Assembly: GCA_964503915.1 (NCBI GenBank)
Contig: CAZDCH010000003.1
Coordinates: 1 to 32,694 of the forward strand
Length of the DNA stretch: 32,694 nt
Reading direction: 5' to 3'
Source of the DNA: an uncultured Thermoplasmatales archaeon
GTDB lineage: Archaea; Thermoplasmatota; E2; UBA202; JdFR-43
Under the pieces are notes generated by a model. That model ran no database searches. It had not been told where the DNA came from and saw only the letters and a list, made by a program, of their open reading frames with translations. This document shows, in pieces, positions 8,891-15,560 of this stretch; position 1 is the first letter of the stretch; each line of letters starts with the position of its first letter. The translations under genes were made by a program, and so were the position numbers.

Positions 8891-9202
8891 GTGCCGGCAA
8901 AAATAATAAGGAGAAAGATCGGAGGAAAATATTATTACTTCTACAAACGAAAAGGAGGAGCTTGGAAAAAAATAAAAGGAAGATTTAAAAAAGTAGGGAC
9001 GGGAAAAGGAGATTATAGCAGGAGAAACATTGTTGTGGATTTGCATAAAAAACCCCATGATAGGAAATACATTGATTCTGAAATGGCAAAAAAATACCCC
9101 CAAGCATACGATCATCCAGCTGAGCTAATAGAATACTATAGATGGAAGAGAAAGCAGAAGAAAAAGAAGAAGAAAAAATCTAGAAAAAGGAAGAAGAGAT
9201 AG
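8891..9202 (+). CDS. Highly basic small protein with a poly-K tail (103 aa)
   Basis: GGAGGTGA (8878-8885), then 5 nt, then GTG at 8891. The track start at 8882 lies inside the SD. The C-terminus is KRKQKKKKKKKSRKRKKR. Confidence 0.55.
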   Translation: MPAKIIRRKIGGKYYYFYKRKGGAWKKIKGRFKKVGTGKGDYSRRNIVVDLHKKPHDRKYIDSEMAKKYPQAYDHPAELIEYYRWKRKQKKKKKKKSRKRKKR

Positions 9203-9224
9203 CTCTTCCTCCTCTTATTTATTT

Positions 9225-9494
9225 ATGAAAATGAAGGAAAGAAGAAAGGAAGAAGAAAATACGGGAATAAGAGCATGCTTCGCTATTGTTGGATGGATCA
9301 GAGGAGATGGAATAAGTAGCATAGATAAGATATTAAAAGAAATAAATCAAAGAATTTTTTCAATACAGGGAGTAGAGAGTAAAGTATATTTAAAAACAGA
9401 TATAGCAAAATTATTTGTTATTAGTGAAAGAGAAATTTCAAAAGGAGAAGCAACTCTTCCTGGAATGAAAATAAAAATTAAGAAAATAAAATGA
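9225..9494 (+). CDS. Hypothetical protein (89 aa)
   Basis: ORF in the operon context. Its stop overlaps the next start. No recognisable motif. Confidence 0.5.
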   Translation: MKMKERRKEEENTGIRACFAIVGWIRGDGISSIDKILKEINQRIFSIQGVESKVYLKTDIAKLFVISEREISKGEATLPGMKIKIKKIK

Positions 9495-9706
9495 AGAATA
9501 AAAAGCCTTTTCTAAAAAGTTTAATTTATCAAGATACAGAAAAACAGCATATAGCAGTAGCTATAATAAAAATAGACAACATAGAAATAAAAATGGATTT
9601 TTTGGAAAATGATGAAATTATGGATGCCTTTAATGATTTCGCCCAGGAAATTCTGCAATATGTAGCAAGGAGGTGGAAACATAAAGAGAAAAAGAAGAAG
9701 GATTGA
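9491..9706 (+). CDS. Hypothetical acidic/basic small protein (71 aa)
   Basis: ATGA overlap. No recognisable motif. Confidence 0.5.
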   Translation: MKNKKPFLKSLIYQDTEKQHIAVAIIKIDNIEIKMDFLENDEIMDAFNDFAQEILQYVARRWKHKEKKKKD

Positions 9707-9746
9707 ACTGGAAGAAGACTATTACGAAGAGAAAAAAGAGGGACTG

Positions 9747-10343
9747 ATGCAAAATTTCAAGAGATTCGTATCATATCATCCGAGATTATCGCTCATAATT
9801 ATATTTTTGATCATAATATTCGCTTTTAATATTGCATTATTCCTTCCATTAAATTTCTCCTCCATACTATACAATCTTGAAATTACAATTTTACAAGCAT
9901 TGCGTATTCCTATCCCAACATGGATCGTCTTAATAATAATGATAATAACATTGTTCCACGGAATATATTTCATTCCACGATTGGAAATACCATCAACTGA
10001 AGAAAAATTCATATATACTTCCACCTGGACAGATGGGAAGCTCAGATATTTCAAAGTTTTCGGCATAAACAAACCTATTGCAGTAGATGAAGAATGGATA
10101 AAAAGAATAGGCTGGAAAAGATACATTCTCGTTGGAAATATAAGAGTAATAACAGAAACAGATGATGCAATAATATACGAGAGTGAGGAACTAGAAGTTA
10201 GCCAGTCTATCGAATTGCAGCATGAGCTTGATCTCTACAAGAGAAAAGTTGCTCAGCTTGAAGAGGATCGCAAAGCCGACAAAATCATCATGACTAAAAA
10301 GGAACTTCTTGAATTTTTAAAAACATTGAAGGTAGGAAAATGA
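9747..10343 (+). CDS. Membrane protein with two N-terminal TM helices and a C-terminal coiled-coil-like region (198 aa)
   Basis: Hydrophobic N-terminus. The C-terminus SQSIELQHELDLYKRKVAQLEEDRKADK looks like a heptad pattern. Confidence 0.6.
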   Translation: MQNFKRFVSYHPRLSLIIIFLIIIFAFNIALFLPLNFSSILYNLEITILQALRIPIPTWIVLIIMIITLFHGIYFIPRLEIPSTEEKFIYTSTWTDGKLRYFKVFGINKPIAVDEEWIKRIGWKRYILVGNIRVITETDDAIIYESEELEVSQSIELQHELDLYKRKVAQLEEDRKADKIIMTKKELLEFLKTLKVGK

Positions 10344-11158
10344 AATGCAAAATTGCAATAATCATTATAACACTTTGTTTCTTTTCCTTTCATGCATCAG
10401 CATCAAACTATATCATTATAAGAACAAATGTAAATCCAATGTATATAGAAGGAGATCCGATCAGGATCCAAGTATTTATTCTTGTTTTTAGAAATAATAA
10501 GCCGACCGATGAAACTGCAGAAATCATCATAAAAATTTCAGGAATTGGCATAAATTATAGCTATGAGGAACATGTAACAATAAGAGGAGGGCGCCGATAT
10601 ACAATTTCCTTACCTTCTTTAAAAGAAGGACATTATTATATCTCGATTCAAGCCATTAAAGGAAATATGAAAAGCCAAAAAATTAAGGTTGAATTCGGAG
10701 TTACTAAAGCTCCTATTCCCTATTCAATACATTTCTCCCCAGATGGTTCAAAATTATACTTCACAAGCTTAAAATTAAATCAAACAGGTGTTCCAGATCC
10801 AGATTACCCTTTTACATTATATATCTATGCCTCTTCTCATGGAACTGGAGAGGTATTGATTAGAACAATCAAGAATGTTACAAAGCTGACTTTATCAATT
10901 CCTTCTTCATGGAGATCTGGAACTTTAATTGTTGATGTTGTAGATATATATGGATGGAGAAATTCTGCAACTATGGATTTATCAACATTTTCCTTTGAGG
11001 GAATTCCAGCAATGTATGATTATGAATATATGCTAAAAGAACCTTTCAAAAGTAGAACATTGCAAAGAGCAGCAACAGCATTCATTATATTAATTATTTT
11101 AATCATTTTGTTTATTATATTTGCAGGTGCTTACAATGTCAGAAGGAGGAGTTTATAA
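10340..11158 (+). CDS. Secreted beta-rich (Ig-like) protein with a C-terminal TM anchor (272 aa)
   Basis: ATGA overlap. Signal peptide MKCKIAIIIITLCFFSFHASA. Beta-strand-rich body. C-terminal helix AFIILIILIILFIIFAGAY followed by NVRRR. Confidence 0.7.
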   Translation: MKCKIAIIIITLCFFSFHASASNYIIIRTNVNPMYIEGDPIRIQVFILVFRNNKPTDETAEIIIKISGIGINYSYEEHVTIRGGRRYTISLPSLKEGHYYISIQAIKGNMKSQKIKVEFGVTKAPIPYSIHFSPDGSKLYFTSLKLNQTGVPDPDYPFTLYIYASSHGTGEVLIRTIKNVTKLTLSIPSSWRSGTLIVDVVDIYGWRNSATMDLSTFSFEGIPAMYDYEYMLKEPFKSRTLQRAATAFIILIILIILFIIFAGAYNVRRRSL

Positions 11159-11513
11159 GGAATGGCACGAAACTATAATGCAATTATACAAAGCTCCAGT
11201 CCAGCAGCTCATAGATAAATTTGCAAATGAAGAAATACCACGCTACAAGGGAAGCAGAATTATTCTTGATGATGAAGCAGATTTGTTAAAAGCAGCCTGT
11301 GAGGCAGTCCAAATTGAAGTAAATGGAAATCTAAGAGAATACAAAACTTTCATGATATATTTGATTAAATTTATCATATTCCTATGGAACAAAATGGAAA
11401 AAGAGTTAAAGCCAGAAGATCCCTATATTCGATTATTGGATAAATTAAATGAAGGCGATTTAAGAAACATATTAAAAGAAGTAAAAGAAGATGAAGTACA
11501 GAAGCAGGGCTAA
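11136..11513 (+). CDS. Hypothetical soluble protein (125 aa)
   Basis: I prefer the ATG at 11136 over the TTG at 11121. No recognisable motif. It overlaps the next gene by 23 nt. Confidence 0.5.
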   Translation: MSEGGVYKEWHETIMQLYKAPVQQLIDKFANEEIPRYKGSRIILDDEADLLKAACEAVQIEVNGNLREYKTFMIYLIKFIIFLWNKMEKELKPEDPYIRLLDKLNEGDLRNILKEVKEDEVQKQG

Positions 11514-12567
11514 AATAGAAACAGATTTCTGGCTTCATGAAGTTAGATTTATTCCTTATTTTGTTCCAGAGAAATTAAAAAAATTGTTGATCATATTTGA
11601 ACATTTTTACAGAATAGGAAAAATAAACAAGCAAAGGATAACGATCATTGCTACTTATTTAAAACAAAAGTTTGGTATAGATTACCGTATAATAGATGAA
11701 AATCAAATCGTTTTCCTCCCTCGCTCTTCCGATGCATTAGTAAAATATTTTGCAAAATATCCAAATTTAATGAGCATTATAGGGGATAGACATTCTGGCA
11801 AAACAATAACAGCCTGGAAAATTGCCCTGGATATACTTAACAGAAAAAAGGCGGCGAGATTATACGTATATGGAGATGTAGATGCTCTGGGTTATGCATT
11901 GATAAATGAAAATTTGATAGATCAAAAAAGAATCGTGGTCAAAGAAGATTACACACTTCCTCCACTTGATGGAAAGCCAAAAATCATTCTCTATAATGAG
12001 CTTTCTGAAGCCTTAATGGGAAAAAGAGCACTTTCCATAGAAAATATAGAGTTAAACCTCCAGGCTCTTAGAAGTCGCCATTTAAATGCTTGGATAATTT
12101 ATAATGTGGTCCGCCATGGCAGCCTGGAGAGTGTGCTGAGAGAAACAACAAATATATTTCTTTTCAAATGGATGAGCGGAACTATACTCAAAAATGCAAT
12201 GAATATCGTACCATTAGGGTGGAAGGAGCTTTTGAAAATCACCATGCATTTTAACCAAAATGAAGCGCTTGCCATTGTTCCAGTAGTAGGCAAAGGAACC
12301 ACATTTTTTATTCATGAAACAAACCCACCGCCATGGCTTTTGCATGCTCATTCCGTTGCAAAGAAGAATCAAAGGCTGCTAATGGTAAAAAGTGAGCAGG
12401 AGAGAAGAATCATGAAGAGAATAGCAGAATTAAAAATGGATCAGGAAAGACAGTGGACTAACGAAGAAATAAGGCTCATTTTAAAGAAAGAATTTGGCGT
12501 AGATTATTCAGTTAGGACCATACAAAACAAATGGAGGAAATACAGGAAAATAATGGAGATAGAATGA
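11491..12567 (+). CDS. P-loop NTPase (358 aa) with a C-terminal HTH-like tail
   Basis: Walker A GDRHSGKT at aa 98-105 (nt 11782-11805). Candidate Walker B PKIILYNELSE. The C-terminus WTNEEIRLILKKEFGVDYSVRTIQNKWRKYRK is Myb/HTH-like. Confidence 0.7.
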   Translation: MKYRSRAKIETDFWLHEVRFIPYFVPEKLKKLLIIFEHFYRIGKINKQRITIIATYLKQKFGIDYRIIDENQIVFLPRSSDALVKYFAKYPNLMSIIGDRHSGKTITAWKIALDILNRKKAARLYVYGDVDALGYALINENLIDQKRIVVKEDYTLPPLDGKPKIILYNELSEALMGKRALSIENIELNLQALRSRHLNAWIIYNVVRHGSLESVLRETTNIFLFKWMSGTILKNAMNIVPLGWKELLKITMHFNQNEALAIVPVVGKGTTFFIHETNPPPWLLHAHSVAKKNQRLLMVKSEQERRIMKRIAELKMDQERQWTNEEIRLILKKEFGVDYSVRTIQNKWRKYRKIMEIE

Positions 12568-13187
12568 AGGCAGTAATTTATGCCAGGGTATCAACTGAAG
12601 AACAGAAAAAAGGATATAGTATAGAAGCACAAATTGAGGAATGTAAAAAATATTGTGAATTAAAAGGATGGGAAGTTGTAAAAGTGTATAAAGAAGTAAA
12701 ATCAGCTGCTAATATAAAAAGAGATGAGTTGAGTAAGGCAATAGAAATGGTAAAGTTGGGAGTTGCAGACATATTAGTTGCATGGAAAATAGATAGAATA
12801 ACAAGGAGCATCAAAGATTTCATTTTTTTAACAGAGGAATTAATGAAAGAAAAAGATGGAGAAAATTATATTGCTTTCACAAGCTTGATGGAAAATTTGG
12901 ATCTAACAACAGCAGTTGGAAGGGCATTCGCAAGCATTGTTACTGTATTTGCTCAGTTGGAAAGAGAAATGATTTCAGAAAGAACAAAAATGGGTATTAA
13001 AAAAGCAAAGGAGGCTGGAAAGCAGATTGGCTATCCAAAAGGTCGGGATCGAATCCCGGCATGGAAAAAAGAAAAGATCATCGAGTTGCACAAGCAGGGT
13101 AAAACATATAAGGAAATTCAAATGCAGCTAAAAGTTGGAGCTGGCACAATAACAAGCACACTCCGCAAGGCGGGCTTAATAGAATAG
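12564..13187 (+). CDS. Small serine recombinase (resolvase/invertase type; N-terminal catalytic domain, C-terminal HTH)
   Basis: ATGA overlap. MKAVIYARVSTEEQ carries the catalytic Ser motif. Also present: WKIDRITRS, LEREMISERTKMGIKKAKEAGKQIGYPKG, and the C-terminal HTH GKTYKEIQMQLKVGAGTITSTLRKAG. Confidence 0.9.
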   Translation: MKAVIYARVSTEEQKKGYSIEAQIEECKKYCELKGWEVVKVYKEVKSAANIKRDELSKAIEMVKLGVADILVAWKIDRITRSIKDFIFLTEELMKEKDGENYIAFTSLMENLDLTTAVGRAFASIVTVFAQLEREMISERTKMGIKKAKEAGKQIGYPKGRDRIPAWKKEKIIELHKQGKTYKEIQMQLKVGAGTITSTLRKAGLIE

Positions 13188-13569
13188 CAAATTTGCAATG
13201 AAACCCCCTTAGTTTTTGTGAAAATTAAGGATTTCGTGAAATGTAAAAAATCATACAAATTTACATACAAAAACAGTAGTTCCGAATCTAAAAATTTGCC
13301 AAAGAAAGTAAGATTTACAGATTCTACAAGAAATGGCAGACTTGCCAAAATTAGTAAAGTCATTTCTTGATAGAGGGAAATCTATTAAAATGTGTCGCAG
13401 AGAAGCTTGGTATAGATATTAGCCTATGACATTAATCCAAAATGTGTAGAGAAGCGTGTCCTTTTTTTATTTAAATTTTACTCCACCCGGTGGAGTTCAA
13501 AAAATGGATGTTTTGAGTTTCGGAACATAAGAGATGAATAAAAAAAATTTTCACCCCCCTTTCGCACCT

Positions 13570-13771
13570 TTGCTCAGCAAAACGAACGTTTTGCTGAGTG
13601 CATCCTGGCTATATCTTAAAAATTTGCTGAATTGCTGCCTGACAGGCAGCAAGGCATGAAACATTTTTCATTGTCTATTATATATATCTATATATATTAC
13701 GATGTAGGTGCATATAATTTTATAAATTACTCCTCTCCCCCTCTAAGATTTTGAAATATTCTCTCCCCCTC
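13570..13771. promoter_or_regulatory. Candidate cis-acting region (origin-like): two GC-rich hairpins, clustered TTGCTG/CAGCAA hexamers, alternating AT tract, 11-bp direct repeat
   Basis: Hairpin 13573-13598 has 12-bp arms (ctcagcaaaacg / cgttttgctgag). Hairpin 13632-13652 has 9-bp arms (ttgctgcct / aggcagcaa). Hexamers lie at 13575, 13591, 13624, 13632 and 13647. The (TA)n-like tract is at 13676-13699. ctctccccctc occurs at 13733-13743 and 13761-13771. Confidence 0.4.
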
Positions 13772-13821
13772 CAACTTTTTTACATTGCCAATTAATTAAT
13801 AAAATTACAGGAGGTGATAAC

Positions 13822-14022
13822 ATTAAAAGAAAGATCATAATTGAAAAGAATGTATTTGTTCGTCCTGTTGATGTAGCAAAGTTCATTTATAAAAAAGCTA
13901 AAAAATGCCAAGAAGAAGGAAAAGGAATAAATGAATTATTAGATGATCTAGCAAAAATTATCATTGATATGGAAGAAGAAAAATTCCAGGAGCTGGCGGA
14001 AAAATGGGGCGTGGATCCTTAA
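13822..14022 (+). CDS. Possible small ORF (66 aa) lacking a canonical start; ATT 4 nt after GGAGGTGA
   Basis: The frame is open from about 13746 to the TAA at 14020-14022. GGAGGTGA (13810-13817), then taac, then ATT at 13822. The product is IKRKIIIEKNVFVRPVDVAKFIYKKAKKCQEEGKGINELLDDLAKIIIDMEEEKFQELAEKWGVDP. The only in-frame ATG/GTG/TTG is the ATG near the C-terminus (IIIDMEEE). Confidence 0.25.
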   Translation: MKRKIIIEKNVFVRPVDVAKFIYKKAKKCQEEGKGINELLDDLAKIIIDMEEEKFQELAEKWGVDP

Positions 14023-14031
14023 CTTCTTTCC

Positions 14032-14340
14032 TTATTCTTTTTCTTTTGCATAATCTATGAATCCTTTTATCATCATAGCTAATCCTACAACCACAAAAAA
14101 TAATCCAAACAATATTTCAAACACTATTTCCTGTTTTATTGTCTCCGATGCAAAAGGAAAAAAAGGATTGTTATATCGCCACCATCCATCAAGAAAGATC
14201 AGCATACCAAATAAAAAGCTAAATATTCCTACTCCAATGCAAAATTCAGGATAAGTTTTCTTCTTTTTCTTCTTATTTTTTGGAACTTTTTTCTCTTTTG
14301 GAACTTTTATATCCCATCCATACAAAGATTCCTCATTCAT
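14032..14340 (-). CDS. Small membrane protein (102 aa) with a lysine-rich N-terminal region
   Basis: Two TM helices follow KVPKNKKKKKKT. Its start overlaps the stop of the upstream wHTH gene (ATGA). Confidence 0.6.
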   Translation of the reverse strand: MNEESLYGWDIKVPKEKKVPKNKKKKKKTYPEFCIGVGIFSFLFGMLIFLDGWWRYNNPFFPFASETIKQEIVFEILFGLFFVVVGLAMMIKGFIDYAKEKE

Positions 14341-14630
14341 TCCTCCTCCATAATCCTTTTTATTTCCATCAATTTTTCTGCTACTTTTTTACCTTTAGGA
14401 GTAAGAGAAATAAAAACCACTCTTCTAAAAATGTAATCAGGTTCTTCAATAGCTCTTTCTTCTCTATTAATGAGCTTCTTTTTTTCCAATTCCTTTAACC
14501 TATCATACAATGTATTCGAAACAACACCAGATCTTTTTTGTAATTGTGTAATTGTAAGTTTTTCGTATTCAACTAAAGTCAATAAAATTTTTGTTGATCC
14601 ACTTTTTTCTAACCATTTCAGAATATTCAT
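14337..14630 (-). CDS. Winged-helix transcriptional regulator (97 aa)
   Basis: STKILLTLVEYEKLTITQLQKRSGVVSNTLYDRLKELEKKKLINRE is a typical wHTH (ArsR/PadR-like) pattern. It is divergent from the ParB operon. Confidence 0.75.
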   Translation of the reverse strand: MNILKWLEKSGSTKILLTLVEYEKLTITQLQKRSGVVSNTLYDRLKELEKKKLINREERAIEEPDYIFRRVVFISLTPKGKKVAEKLMEIKRIMEEE

Positions 14631-14680
14631 TTATTATCAGTTTGATAACGTTAAATTATTTTTAAAGTGATTATATGTTA

Positions 14681-14745
14681 TTGCAAAACTATAAGTATTA
14701 TAAAATCGCAAATATTATAAATATACAAACATTATAGTTTTGCAA
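14681..14745. promoter_or_regulatory. Perfect 14-bp inverted repeat bracketing TATA-like boxes in the divergent promoter region (candidate operator)
   Basis: ttgcaaaactataa (14681-14694) and ttatagttttgcaa (14732-14745) are exact reverse complements. The 37-nt spacer contains attataaaat and attataaata. Confidence 0.45.
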
Positions 14746-14826
14746 AGCAGGCGGGGCTCAAAGAAACCAACAAAAATAGGAGGGGGTGGGCTTTGCCTGC
14801 CCCATCCGAGCATTCCCGCCTGCTTT
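14744..14826 (+). ncRNA. GC-rich nested stem-loop (83 nt): candidate structured 5' leader or small RNA just upstream of the ParB-operon RBS
   Basis: Outer 12-bp perfect stem aaagcaggcggg (14744-14755) / cccgcctgcttt (14815-14826). Inner 9-bp hairpin GGGGTGGGC-ttt-GCCTGCCCC (14783-14803, 7 GC pairs plus 2 GU). GAGGAGGT lies at 14831-14838. Confidence 0.35.
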
Positions 14827-14844
14827 CCTTGAGGAGGTATGGAG

Positions 14845-15060
14845 ATGGAAGGTAAGGAAAAGGCTTGGGCAAAAATAGTTTTTAAGGATGGAGAACGTAT
14901 AGGATCCATCAAGGGAGAAATACTTGATGATGAAGATGAAATTTTTATTACAATAAAAAGGAGAGATGGCAAAGAATTCAGAATAAACAAGCATCACATC
15001 ATCAAAATAGAAAAGAATAATTTTTTAGGGGAGGCAAAGGAGGAGAGAAAATGCCAGTAA
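14845..15060 (+). CDS. Small beta-rich protein (71 aa)
   Basis: I prefer the second ATG (14845) because GGAGGT ends at 14838. The track start is 14839. No family recognised. Confidence 0.5.
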   Translation: MEGKEKAWAKIVFKDGERIGSIKGEILDDEDEIFITIKRRDGKEFRINKHHIIKIEKNNFLGEAKEERKCQ

Positions 15061-15560
15061 TGATAACCATTTCCGGCCTAAACACGGAGGAGGTTTCAAA
15101 AATTCTTTCATTGATCACAAAACTTGGCAACTTTAACATAGAGACTAATGCTACCAATGTAATTTATCTGACGAAAGCAAATGAGGCAAAAGCAAAAAAA
15201 GTAGAGGTACAGGTTCCAGATCCTAGCAACAGTTTCCCAAAAAGAAAGAAGAAGAGACATCACTTTACCGAAGAAGAAGAAGAAATTTTCATTGTTCAAA
15301 ATCTCGAAAAGATGTCATATTCCGAAATTGCAAGGCAACTTGGGTTAAGAAGGAAACAGGTTGAGGATAAAATCTACAATATGAGAAAAACAGGCAGATG
15401 GGATGAAATCAAAAAGAAAATTGAGAAGAAAAAAGAAAAAAGCTGCAACAACAATTGCCGGGATTGCAAATATGCAAAGCCAGAAGAAGTTGGCAACAGC
15501 ATCTGGTGCACCAGATTTAACAGAAGAATCTTCTTGGAGGAGGCGGAACCGTGCAGCTGA
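15051..15560 (+). CDS. HTH protein with a C-terminal Cys-rich (Cys4-like) motif (169 aa)
   Basis: GGAGGAG lies upstream. HFTEEEEEIFIVQNLEKMSYSEIARQLGLRRKQVEDKIYNMRKTG is a Myb/sigma-r4-like HTH. The C-terminus is CNNNCRDCKY..WCTRFN..EPC. Confidence 0.6.
   Translation: MPVMITISGLNTEEVSKILSLITKLGNFNIETNATNVIYLTKANEAKAKKVEVQVPDPSNSFPKRKKKRHHFTEEEEEIFIVQNLEKMSYSEIARQLGLRRKQVEDKIYNMRKTGRWDEIKKKIEKKKEKSCNNNCRDCKYAKPEEVGNSIWCTRFNRRIFLEEAEPCS

Noticed and set aside
8528-9115. 195-aa minus-strand ORF
   Set aside because: It is a low-complexity F/L/S-rich antisense shadow of the purine-rich (AAG/AGA) plus-strand genes that encode the polybasic proteins. It cuts across three well-supported, translationally coupled plus-strand genes.
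13118-13363. 81-aa minus-strand ORF overlapping the 3' end of the serine recombinase gene
   Set aside because: It overlaps a confident CDS, has no SD and has a low-complexity, hydrophobic and odd composition. It is probably spurious.
14032-14630. Possibility that the minus-strand two-gene block is an invertible segment controlled by the serine recombinase
   Set aside because: I found no matching inverted repeats flanking the block (13990-14031 against 14631-14700). The 14-bp inverted repeat at 14681/14732 lies entirely on one side.
14715-14997. Minus-strand ORFs 14715-14990 and 14758-14997
   Set aside because: They run across the promoter/leader structure and the start of the plus-strand operon. 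Their composition is Ser/Pro/Phe-rich low complexity with no SD.
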